A DNA stretch of 64,000 nucleotides, from positions 56,839 to 120,838 of IMG/VR virus record IMGVR_UViG_3300025934_000015. The stretch is one strand, 5' to 3'. Made by a program: the position numbers and the translations under genes. The notes beneath the pieces were generated by a model. That model made no database searches. It was given only the letters and a program-made list of their open reading frames with translations, and was not told where the DNA came from. Shown in pieces: positions 1-9,190 of this stretch; position 1 is the stretch's first letter; every line of letters starts with the position of its first letter. The stretch comes from a virus (taxonomy: Duplodnaviria; Caudoviricetes).

Positions 1-1
1 C

Positions 2-841
2 GATTACGACCTCTGTCAGGTGACGGTCGCCGGGACCAACATGTTTTGTACCGAGTCCTTGCGTGAGGCTAAGGTCGGGACGAAGGAGTATAAGGAAGGC
101 GTCCCCCGGATCGAGATGCCACAGTTGGCCGGTCTGCCCGAACCCGGATCCGAAGCCGACAACCTGCCGAAAAATGCCAAGGGTGAAGTGGACGCCAGCG
201 CGCACTTTATCCACTTCCTCCAAGGCATCGGCATGAAGACGACCCACGAAGAAGTGCCTGCGGAAAAACTCCGCGCGTCACAGCGCGAGTTAGTGGGCCA
301 GAACGTGGGCGGCATGATGCGGAACAAGGACTTCGATCCCGCCAAGGATCCGATCTTCATCTCCAGTGATAACTACGTGGTGGACGGCCACCACCGCTGG
401 GCCGCAACCGTCGGGCGTGACGCGGAAGATGGCCACCTCGGGGACTCCACGATGAAGGTCCGCCGCATCAACGCGCCGATCTCTGAAGTGCTGCATCTGG
501 CGAATGAGTATTCGAAGCGCTTCGGCATTAAACAGAAGGGTGTTGGCGCAGGCGCGCGGCACGCGGGTGGTTCTGGCTCAGGGAACTTCGGTCATAGCGG
601 ACGCCCTGGAGAAGTGGGCGGATCGGCCAATAAGGACTTCGAGTCCTACATGACTGCCAATCCCCACAAGAGCACGTTCGAGATTGGCATCGAAATTCCG
701 CTCGAACGCAAGGGCAAGCCACAGATGGCGAAGTTAGTCCGCAAGGAACATCACGGCGAGGAGTGGCGCATTCATAACGAACGAGGCCAATACGTCTATT
801 CCGAAGGCTTCCGCTACGTGACTGAGCATCGCAAGAAATGA
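2..841 (+). CDS. Head-region polyprotein 1 (5'-truncated): ParB/Srx-like module, tag peptide, small unknown module
   Basis: Frame is open from base 2 (DYDLCQVTV...). ParB-like PIFISSDNYVVDGHHRWAA; tag peptide at 566-625; stop overlaps the next ATG (ATGA). Confidence 0.85.
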   Translation, partial: DYDLCQVTVAGTNMFCTESLREAKVGTKEYKEGVPRIEMPQLAGLPEPGSEADNLPKNAKGEVDASAHFIHFLQGIGMKTTHEEVPAEKLRASQRELVGQNVGGMMRNKDFDPAKDPIFISSDNYVVDGHHRWAATVGRDAEDGHLGDSTMKVRRINAPISEVLHLANEYSKRFGIKQKGVGAGARHAGGSGSGNFGHSGRPGEVGGSANKDFESYMTANPHKSTFEIGIEIPLERKGKPQMAKLVRKEHHGEEWRIHNERGQYVYSEGFRYVTEHRKK

Positions 842-3800
842 TTCAACTGCCACTGTCCCCAGACGTCGGCGCGCGGGTGCTTACCCAGGCACTCCTGCGG
901 CTTCGTCTGCTCGGCGGTCCCGGCAGTGGTAACTTCGGGCACAGTGGACGCCCGGGCGAAGTGGGCGGCTCCAGTGGTGAGCGACAACCCCAGGGCGATG
1001 AGGAAGACAACGATCTCAAGGCGCGTACCTTCTTCCATGGCACGCACTCGCTGAGTGTGCAGGACATTCTCCAACAGGGACTGTTAGTCGGCCATGCGGG
1101 GAAGATGTGGCCGAGTTTCTCCTCGCGCGAACATACATACATCACGACCGACCACGACAACGCGGAACACTGGGCCGAGTCGGCGGTGCAGAAAATGAAG
1201 ATTGATCACCGGGATGCGGAGATCTATCCGGTGATTTTGACTGTGCGCGTGCCGCCCGAGTACGCGCGACGTGTGGTGCAGGATTCCCACTTCCCTGAGC
1301 CCGGATCCCCGGCGCGGCAATTCAAAGGCAACATCCACCCCTCGTGGATCATCGGCGCGAAGATGGGTGCGTGGGACGATGATGCGGACGGCATTGTATG
1401 GAAGGACGTATCGCGGTCGTCCCCGATGCCACGCGCCGCGGCGGACGCCGACACGATTATCCACATTGTCCTGTTGCTGACGTCGAAGAAGTTGCGGACA
1501 GCCGGTGGTCCTGGCTCGGGCAACTTCGGCCACAGTGGACGCCCAGGACAGGTGGGCGGTTCTAGTAGCGCATTGACGGATAGCACAACGCATCCGGCCG
1601 ACATGTCCTTCGAGCAGTTCCAAAAGCCTGTGCCGTTGCCTCCCGTTCCGGAGGGCCATATTCGGCTGTCGCATGTGACGTCCGCCGAGAATGTGCCGAA
1701 CATTCTGCGCGAAGGGTTAAAGCAGTCCAAGTCGAAGGGGGCGTCCTACGGCGAGCCGAGTGTAGTCTGGGCCACGACGCATGGTGAGACGTGGGGCGGC
1801 GCACTGGACGCCAACGCCCGCGAAATCATTTTTGACATGCCGACGAAGGACGTCAGCAGTGCGGGCACACTGCATCGCATGGCGGATGTGCCGCCAGAGG
1901 CGATTGTCTCGGTGGAGCGCGCGGGATTTAGCGATGTGTCCACCGGCGCGTTGACCCTCCGGCAGGAACGGAAACACGAGGATCTGAACACGCGACGCCA
2001 GTACTGGGAAGCCTACCAGCGCGAGAAGCCCAAGTCGCCCCTGCCGTTCCGTCCGCCCGGCGTCTACGACGAGAAGGGGCGGTTGATTGCGCCGGTACAG
2101 TCGCAGCCGCACGCGCGGCCGTCCGGCCCGTGGGACATGAACCGTGCCGCCGGAGGTCCTGGCTCGGGAAACTTCGGCCACAGCGGACGTCCCGGACAAG
2201 TCGGCGGATCGACGTCTGGCGACGATGCGCGTATTGATAACCTCGAATCCTTCGACAAAATTCAGGTAGGCGACTACACGGTCCGTCGGGACATGTATGG
2301 CATGTGGGTCGTGTACAACGACCACAGTCACGCCGCGTTTGAGGATGCGCAGGGTGCCAAGCTGTACCTGCGGTCCAAACAGACGGCCGTGAACGCCGAC
2401 CCGCATACGCTCGACGTGCCCGTGTCCATCTACCACAATTCGCCAGACCAGTTTGCGGAAAATAAACCCACGTTTGGTGCGTACTTCGGGGATGAGCATT
2501 TCCTTAAGGCGTTTCCGAATGAATGGGGCGAGCACACGTATAAGGTCACACTGCCGAAGGGCAGTAAGGTGTTAGACCTGGGTAAGGATACGCCTGAGGC
2601 CCGGGAGTTTATGGCGACCGTGGCCGGGATTGCGTATCCGAAGGATCCTGGCATTGCGGACTGGCAAGCGCGACTTCGACAGGGCGATCCTGCGGCCAGT
2701 AGCTACGATGAATTCTACGAAGCGTGGACAGATAAGAAAAACATCCTCGGTGCGTTGAAACAGCACAAGGGCTACGATGCGGTCCGCTATCAGTCAGAGT
2801 ACGTGTTGCCACCAGAGACCCTGAAGAAACTCAAGGGCACGAAACTGAAGACGGCGGAAGTGTTCAGGACGCTCGGTGGATCGGGGTCCGGTAATTTCGG
2901 CCACGCGGGACGGCCGGGTGAAGTTGGGGGATCGGTAACAGAGGGTGGACCTAACGGGGAATCGGAGCCATTACACGCGGGCCCGCGTATTGGATTTGTA
3001 ACCCCGACAGGTCAAGAACGTGTCGCTAGTAAAACCAGTGGCGGTATTGGTGGTTACGGTGAAGACCATACGGATCTTGCACGACGGTTGATGGACGATG
3101 AGAACGGCGGCGTACAACCGGCATTGAAACAGGGGTACTTACGCTATTGGGTGCGTAATGGCGAGATTGCACTCAACTTTAAGTCTGGTCAACCAAATAC
3201 CGCATCTAACGCTCTTCGATTCATCAAGGAAAACGTTCAGGACGGCGATCGCATTTACCTCGACATTGAACATCCCCATGGCGATAACGTTACGCTTGGA
3301 GGATTCTTCGACAACCCTCGTGAAGCCAATCAGGCGATCCGTCGTGCAGGTGGACTGAAAACACTTGGGGGCCCTGGCTCCGGTAACTTCGGCCACACCG
3401 GACGGCCCGGCGAAGTCGGCGGCTCCTCGGGTGGTGAACTGGGTCCGCGTCCAACGCCCATCAAGGTGTCGAAGGTCAAGGACGCCATCCCGCTCATCCT
3501 CCAGGGCAAAGTCGTCGAGCTGCCGAACGTCCGCAAGGTCAATGTGCTGATGCAGCGATTGGCCAAGATCGCGAAGGACGCCAAGCGACAGGGTAAGGAC
3601 GCGCCCTCGTATGATGCGTGTCAGATCGTGGTGCCGGGGTCCAATATCTTCTGTGGTCAGCACCTTGTGACCAAGGAATACCCTAACGGCATGCCCCGCA
3701 TTGTCATGCCGCAGTTTGCTAGTGAACCGATTCCTGGAACGCCTGCCGATAAACTGCCGCGCGATGCGAAGGGAGTGGTCGATGCGGGTCCGGAATTTAT

Positions 3801-6800
3801 TGATCATCTGGCATCACGCGGTATCACGAGTACACGTGTGGACGTCCCCTCGGCGTCCCTGCGGCCCAGTCAGGCGCAACTCGACGGTCCCAAAATCGCC
3901 AAGCGCATGGTCCAGAAGGACTACCGGCCCAGTAGTCCGATCTTTATCTCACGTGACGGTTACATCGTGGATGGCCACCACCGTTGGGCAGCCGTGGTCG
4001 GCCGCGACGCCGAAGACGGACACTTAGGCGACTCCACGATCCGCGCCTACAAGATTGACGCGCCGATCAGCGAGATCCTGAACATTGCGAAGACCTGGAC
4101 TAAGACCTTTGGGCTCGAACAGAAGGGGATTGGGCGCGCGGCTGGTGGACCCGGGAGCGGGAATTTCGGCCATAGCGGACGGCCGGGTGAAGTCGGTGGA
4201 TCGTCCAGTGAGGGCGGATCAGCCGTCACGAAAAGTACGCCGTTCAAACGATGGTTCAAACAATCCAAAGTCGTCGACGCGGAAGGCAAACCGCTGGTCG
4301 TCTACCACGGTACGACGCATGACTTCGACACGTTTGAACCGGCGGGCTCGGATAAGTACAACATCGAATCCGACTTCGGCGCAGCCGCCTATTTCTCCAA
4401 CTCCGCGTCGGATGTATCCGAAAACTACGCAGGTGTAGGGCCGGATCTCACGAGCCGTCTGGAACAGCGTGCCGACCAACTGACGAGCGAGAACGACGAG
4501 CTGGATCATGAGGCCGCACTGAAGCAGGCGCGCGAGGAGTTAGTGGGCCGGAGCGGCGCGCTGGGCGTGCCCGTCTATCTGTCGATGCAAAACCCCTTTG
4601 TGCTGGGGGACGCGTACGACGAGGATCATCCGGTCAAGGAAACCTACCTCACGCACGAGTATGTCTACGACGATCCCAATGACCCCGATTCTGACATCGT
4701 GGGTGAGGAAGGCACGCTCGTCGACTTTATCACCGCGTTGAAGGATGAGGCTGGGCAGTTCCACGATACCGAAGGCGTTGATGACTTCCTGACGAAGTTA
4801 GCGGATAACAGCTTTGATGGCATGCACGCCAGTGAACTCGACAAACTGTGGCGCACCACGGAAACGACTGCCTATGTGACCGACGATCAGGGGCGGCTGG
4901 CAGGCAACGAACTCTATCGACGTGCGCTGGAGCGCGCAGGGTTCGATGGCGTGATTGACCGCTCGGTCGATACGAAGTTTGGCTCGGCACGGCGCATTGG
5001 TAAGCAGATGATCGGTGTGACTGCCGATACCGAACATTACATCGTCTTCAAACCCCAGCAGATTAAGTCCGCTATCGGGAATCGGAAGTTTAACCCGAAG
5101 AGTCCCGTGATCACGCTCGGTGGTCCGGGCTCCGGCAACTTCGGTCACGCCGGACGGCCCGGTGAAGTCGGGGGCTCTGGCGTAGGCGACAGTACCGCGC
5201 ACTTACCGGAATCGGTCGCGTATGTCCTGCGGGCGCGCGAACAGAAATTAAAGGAACTTGACTACGAAGCCGCCGCTATTCTCTCACCTACGGGCGAGGT
5301 GGTGAATTATATCTCCAGTTACGCGAAGGACTACATCACGATCGATGAAAAGTTGAAGCCAAGTTTGGCCGATACCATCTTTACCCACAATCATCCGGGC
5401 AGTAACGGTCTGAGTCTGGCGGACGGCGACGTGGCGGTTAACCTGAATATCCGCGAGATACGAGCGATTGGCGCGGATGGGCGTGTGCATAGTCTGCGAC
5501 GCGAGGGCGACCGTTGGCCGGACAATTTTATGGCCCTGGTGCGTGTGGCGGACTATGAAACGCAAAAGACCTTTTCTGAGGAGATCCGCGCCGGACACAT
5601 GACGATGCAGGAGGCCAATGCGAAGCACTACGATCATGTGTACGCAACGGCTGTAGCAAAAATCCCTGGTGTCGCGTTCGTGATGGCTCCCAGTCTGCCG
5701 GTGGTCTCGGAGGTCCATGTCTGAGATCATTTTGATTGACGATCGTGAGTTCCGGATCCCGGTCTACACCGAGGAGAGTGTCCGCACACTCGGCGGTCCC
5801 GGCTCGGGCAACTTCGGCCACAGCGGACGCCCTGGCGAGGTGGGGGGCTCCGCGCCCGAGGACGGACCGGCCATCGGTGGCAGCATCCGCGCGCAAAAAG
5901 AGGAAGGCGTGCGCCGCGTCGAAGCGCTCCTCGACAAGGCGGTCAAGTCGGCGGACTTTACGGTCGCGGGTGACGAGAGTTATACCGAAGACGATTTGAC
6001 CTGGAGTGATTTCTCCAGTACGCAGCAGGATCGCGCATTTGAAAATTTCCGTGACCAGTCCTATAACGAAGGCGTGGAGGTTGATGATAGCGAGATCATC
6101 AGTGACCTCTACAAGGACTTATACCGCGATAACGAGAAGGTCGTCGAGGAGGCTTCACAGAAGTTAATCGACGACATCAATAATCCGGAGTCCACGGTTC
6201 AGGCGTTTCAGCAGACGACCGAACTGCCGTTTACCACGGAGAGTGGCGAGCCCGCGCCGGTGGTGCAGCGGTTCTATCTCGATCCCGACACGATCGAAGC
6301 GGAAGAAGATACGGGCGATGGCGCGCCCCTCAATGAGGACGCCCTGCGTCTGACCAATGGTGAGGAGCTGACGCCCCAACAAAAAGAAGCCGTGGACATG
6401 CTCTGGTCCCATCACTACGAAGCGGAGATGGACAAGGCCAAGGAGCGGGTGACCGAGAGTGACGAATACTCCGAGCGCCGCAATGAGTTAGAGTCTGAGG
6501 AGATCGATAGTCAGTGGAATAACATGTCCGACTCGAAGAAGATCGACTATCTCGATCAAAACGACAAGGACGCTGCACTCGAAGAGAAGGCTGGTACCGG
6601 AACTGAAACCTTAGACAACTCCGAACCCGATAACTGGATTGTCGATACGGAAGTCGAGGAATCCACCGGCCGCGCCACGGATGAGAGCAAGCGGGAGGAC
6701 TACGACAAGACCCGCATTCTCGCGCGGAAGCTGGCCGAACTGCGCACATCGGAGATCCTAACTGAACGCGGGTTAAGTACGACGGGCGCGGCGGACATTC

Positions 6801-8746
6801 CCCGCAGTGTGTGGGAGGCGTGGAAAGGATCGTCGACGAGCGACTTAGGATTGGCATTGCAGTTAGCCGCCGCGGAAGAACTCGGTGGACACCATCGGCT
6901 GAATGAGCGGGAAGTGAGTCACGCACGACAAATCGCGGATCAGCAATTTGGTATTCAGGTGCCGTTTGCAGATTTACCCAAGGCAACACAAGATCAGGCG
7001 CATGAACGCTACGTACGTGAATTTGCGGACTACGAGGTGCAGAGTTTCAAAACGCAAAACGATAACGCAAAAGTGCCCTACACCGAAGCCGATGTCCAAG
7101 CCTACCGTCAGAAGGCGGAGGATCGGTGGGAAAAAGGGTGGGAGTCACTGTCTGGATATGGTAAGACGCAGTACGCGAAGGAAAAAGGTCTGGACCAGAA
7201 TCAGTCCGGCATGGAGCGCCTGAAAGCCTACACCCGCGCGCAGTGGGAGACTACGCAATTCCTGATGGAGAAGGCCGAAAAGCCCTACGCGGAAGTCTAT
7301 CGCGGTATCATTCTCCCCAAGGACGATCTCGACAAGACCACCAATCTGACGGTCCCGCATCCTGATCGACCGACATTCGCGACCGACGCCGATCGTGAGA
7401 AGTACGAAAAGTATTACAAGCAGAATCTGCCGGACTATGTGCAGCTCCCGGATATCGAGATCAAACGCAATGGTGCATCATCCACGTCATCGAATGCTGA
7501 CGTGTCGAATAATTGGGGCGGCGCGGGTGGGTGGAAGGAACAGCCTCGGGGATCACAGCGCGTGGTCCTGCGCTTCCAGGCTCCGGCCACCTCGCTGATT
7601 TCGATTCCGGTGTTTGGCCAGAACCTGCACAACGAATCCGAGTACGTGCTGATCGGCACGAAGGACAAATGGAACTGGGACGCGTGGCGCGGCAAGGCCC
7701 CCACGTTCGAGCAGCATCCGATTGGCGGACGAAAGGTGTCTGGCGTGAAAGCGGCGGAAGAAAAGAAAATGCTCGTCATCGACATGGCCGAGCACGACAA
7801 GGGCCCGCACTGGTTGACCGAGTACCGGGACCAGCGCGCGAAACCCCGCTATGCCAAACGTCGGCCCGAGACGGCTGTCCACGCCGCGGCCGATGCGCAT
7901 GTCGAAGTGATGCGGTCCGCGGCGGTCAAGGCCTTCAAGGCTGGACGCGCGGCGTTGAACGTGCCGCTCTTGCGGTCGGCACTGACCTCAGGCAATCGGA
8001 CCAGGGCAGTCAAGGCCGTGGCTGCTGTCCCTGGTGCGATCCGCGCGAGCCTCCTGAAATCGTTGCCGGGTCTGCTGTTGAAGATGGCCGCGAAGGGCGG
8101 ACAGGCGAGCCTCAACACCTTGCGCGTGCGTACGCGCACGATCCGGCATGCCGAACGACGCGCCGCGCGTGCGGCCGGTCTCGCAGAACCCCGCTACGCC
8201 GCCATCGAGTTTGACTGGGGCTTCGATGACAGTAATCCGCGCGCCCAGAAGTGGGCCCGTGAGCACGCCGCGGAGTTGGCTAAGGGCATTTCCGACACCA
8301 CGCGGGACGATATTGCGGATGCCCTGGTCGCCGCGTTCGACGAAGGCGGCGATACCAATACGTTGATTGAATCCATTAGTGAAGCTGTAGGCGACGAGGA
8401 TCGAGGCGAGTTGATTGCCGTGACGGAACCGATGATCGCTGTGCACGAAGGTCAACGCGAGGCATGGCGACAGGCAGTTGACGAAGGGGGACTGCCCCCG
8501 GACGCCCAGCGCGAATGGATCACGACCGGCGACATGAAGGTCTGTCCTGAGTGTGAGTCGTTAGAGGGCACGACCGCTGACGTGGACGGGCTCTATCCGG
8601 ATCCTGGCGGCGAAGGCCCACCACTTCACCCTCGGTGCCGCTGCACGGAAGGTATTGCGGCCCCGCGTGCGCGCGGGCGCGGACTCGGCGGTCCCGGCAG
8701 TGGCAACTTCGGTCACGGCGGACGCCCTGGACAGATTGGTGGGTCA
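566..8746 (+). repeat. Ten dispersed copies of a 60-nt coding repeat for GG[PS]GSGNFGHxGRPG[EQ][VI]GGS
   Basis: Copies start at 566, 913, 1504, 2152, 2875, 3367, 4144, 5119, 5792 and 8687. Peptide nearly invariant, third codon positions differ. Confidence 0.97.
838..5724 (+). CDS. Polyvalent polyprotein 2 (1628 aa): seven tagged modules, namely four ART-like, one unknown, one ParB-like and one JAB/MPN-like
   Basis: FFHGT..ILQQGL; SHVT..NILREGL; YHNS..GAYF..GYDAV..EYV; VDGHHRWAA; FKRWF..SKVVD..PLVVYHGT..GFDGVI..FKPQQIKSA; FTHNHPGS..S..D. Confidence 0.88.
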   Translation: MIQLPLSPDVGARVLTQALLRLRLLGGPGSGNFGHSGRPGEVGGSSGERQPQGDEEDNDLKARTFFHGTHSLSVQDILQQGLLVGHAGKMWPSFSSREHTYITTDHDNAEHWAESAVQKMKIDHRDAEIYPVILTVRVPPEYARRVVQDSHFPEPGSPARQFKGNIHPSWIIGAKMGAWDDDADGIVWKDVSRSSPMPRAAADADTIIHIVLLLTSKKLRTAGGPGSGNFGHSGRPGQVGGSSSALTDSTTHPADMSFEQFQKPVPLPPVPEGHIRLSHVTSAENVPNILREGLKQSKSKGASYGEPSVVWATTHGETWGGALDANAREIIFDMPTKDVSSAGTLHRMADVPPEAIVSVERAGFSDVSTGALTLRQERKHEDLNTRRQYWEAYQREKPKSPLPFRPPGVYDEKGRLIAPVQSQPHARPSGPWDMNRAAGGPGSGNFGHSGRPGQVGGSTSGDDARIDNLESFDKIQVGDYTVRRDMYGMWVVYNDHSHAAFEDAQGAKLYLRSKQTAVNADPHTLDVPVSIYHNSPDQFAENKPTFGAYFGDEHFLKAFPNEWGEHTYKVTLPKGSKVLDLGKDTPEAREFMATVAGIAYPKDPGIADWQARLRQGDPAASSYDEFYEAWTDKKNILGALKQHKGYDAVRYQSEYVLPPETLKKLKGTKLKTAEVFRTLGGSGSGNFGHAGRPGEVGGSVTEGGPNGESEPLHAGPRIGFVTPTGQERVASKTSGGIGGYGEDHTDLARRLMDDENGGVQPALKQGYLRYWVRNGEIALNFKSGQPNTASNALRFIKENVQDGDRIYLDIEHPHGDNVTLGGFFDNPREANQAIRRAGGLKTLGGPGSGNFGHTGRPGEVGGSSGGELGPRPTPIKVSKVKDAIPLILQGKVVELPNVRKVNVLMQRLAKIAKDAKRQGKDAPSYDACQIVVPGSNIFCGQHLVTKEYPNGMPRIVMPQFASEPIPGTPADKLPRDAKGVVDAGPEFIDHLASRGITSTRVDVPSASLRPSQAQLDGPKIAKRMVQKDYRPSSPIFISRDGYIVDGHHRWAAVVGRDAEDGHLGDSTIRAYKIDAPISEILNIAKTWTKTFGLEQKGIGRAAGGPGSGNFGHSGRPGEVGGSSSEGGSAVTKSTPFKRWFKQSKVVDAEGKPLVVYHGTTHDFDTFEPAGSDKYNIESDFGAAAYFSNSASDVSENYAGVGPDLTSRLEQRADQLTSENDELDHEAALKQAREELVGRSGALGVPVYLSMQNPFVLGDAYDEDHPVKETYLTHEYVYDDPNDPDSDIVGEEGTLVDFITALKDEAGQFHDTEGVDDFLTKLADNSFDGMHASELDKLWRTTETTAYVTDDQGRLAGNELYRRALERAGFDGVIDRSVDTKFGSARRIGKQMIGVTADTEHYIVFKPQQIKSAIGNRKFNPKSPVITLGGPGSGNFGHAGRPGEVGGSGVGDSTAHLPESVAYVLRAREQKLKELDYEAAAILSPTGEVVNYISSYAKDYITIDEKLKPSLADTIFTHNHPGSNGLSLADGDVAVNLNIREIRAIGADGRVHSLRREGDRWPDNFMALVRVADYETQKTFSEEIRAGHMTMQEANAKHYDHVYATAVAKIPGVAFVMAPSLPVVSEVHV

Positions 8747-9190
8747 TCTAGCGATGATGAAGGGGATGACGAAACGCCCGCCACGACCATTAGTGGGAAA
8801 GACCTTAAGGAAAACATGACCGGCGATCTGGCAGCCGTGGCCCAAAAGGTCTACGACGAGTGGCAGGTCGATCCGAATCAGCCGGAGAACGATGACCTCT
8901 GTGGTGGTGGGATTTGTCATCTGATTGCCGATGAAATGGTTGGCCATCTGTCAGACAAAGGCATCGAGGCAACCACCGTCAGCTCGCAGATTGGGGAACA
9001 GCATGTCTGGGTCGTCGCGAAGTTAGCAGATGGTGTGTACTCCATCGACATCCCGCCCGGCACGTACGAAACGGGCGGCGGTTATTCGTGGCAGAAAATT
9101 CCTGACGTGACGATCGATAAGCGGGACGTCGTGGTGGATCTCGTCTCTCCGAATCCCGAGAAGTTCACCGAGTTCACCGACGAGGGTTAA
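5717..9190 (+). CDS. MuF (SPP1 gp7/Mu F) minor head polyprotein with an R-S-E-type ART module and a C-terminal Cys-His-Asp module
   Basis: MuF motif REWITTGDMKVCPEC...PPLHPRCRC; VYRG..STSS..ESEYVL; GGICHLIA..HVW..IDI; tags at 5792 and 8687. Confidence 0.88.
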   Translation: MSEIILIDDREFRIPVYTEESVRTLGGPGSGNFGHSGRPGEVGGSAPEDGPAIGGSIRAQKEEGVRRVEALLDKAVKSADFTVAGDESYTEDDLTWSDFSSTQQDRAFENFRDQSYNEGVEVDDSEIISDLYKDLYRDNEKVVEEASQKLIDDINNPESTVQAFQQTTELPFTTESGEPAPVVQRFYLDPDTIEAEEDTGDGAPLNEDALRLTNGEELTPQQKEAVDMLWSHHYEAEMDKAKERVTESDEYSERRNELESEEIDSQWNNMSDSKKIDYLDQNDKDAALEEKAGTGTETLDNSEPDNWIVDTEVEESTGRATDESKREDYDKTRILARKLAELRTSEILTERGLSTTGAADIPRSVWEAWKGSSTSDLGLALQLAAAEELGGHHRLNEREVSHARQIADQQFGIQVPFADLPKATQDQAHERYVREFADYEVQSFKTQNDNAKVPYTEADVQAYRQKAEDRWEKGWESLSGYGKTQYAKEKGLDQNQSGMERLKAYTRAQWETTQFLMEKAEKPYAEVYRGIILPKDDLDKTTNLTVPHPDRPTFATDADREKYEKYYKQNLPDYVQLPDIEIKRNGASSTSSNADVSNNWGGAGGWKEQPRGSQRVVLRFQAPATSLISIPVFGQNLHNESEYVLIGTKDKWNWDAWRGKAPTFEQHPIGGRKVSGVKAAEEKKMLVIDMAEHDKGPHWLTEYRDQRAKPRYAKRRPETAVHAAADAHVEVMRSAAVKAFKAGRAALNVPLLRSALTSGNRTRAVKAVAAVPGAIRASLLKSLPGLLLKMAAKGGQASLNTLRVRTRTIRHAERRAARAAGLAEPRYAAIEFDWGFDDSNPRAQKWAREHAAELAKGISDTTRDDIADALVAAFDEGGDTNTLIESISEAVGDEDRGELIAVTEPMIAVHEGQREAWRQAVDEGGLPPDAQREWITTGDMKVCPECESLEGTTADVDGLYPDPGGEGPPLHPRCRCTEGIAAPRARGRGLGGPGSGNFGHGGRPGQIGGSSSDDEGDDETPATTISGKDLKENMTGDLAAVAQKVYDEWQVDPNQPENDDLCGGGICHLIADEMVGHLSDKGIEATTVSSQIGEQHVWVVAKLADGVYSIDIPPGTYETGGGYSWQKIPDVTIDKRDVVVDLVSPNPEKFTEFTDEG

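Noticed and set aside
895-918. LRLRLLGG as a ubiquitin-like LRLRGG site, implying cleavage after GG
   Set aside because: Only one copy looks like this, and the residue after GG is usually Pro, which disfavours such cleavage. [RK]x[AL] sites without GG occur in the capsid and scaffold. Kept only as a minor alternative.
566-8746. The dispersed 60-nt repeats as a CRISPR array or DNA-level repeat element
   Set aside because: Spacing is 350-2900 bp, all copies are in frame and variation is mostly synonymous, so the constraint is on the peptide.
838-9190. Inteins or self-splicing elements separating the modules
   Set aside because: No C/S...HN-C/S/T splice junctions or LAGLIDADG motifs seen.
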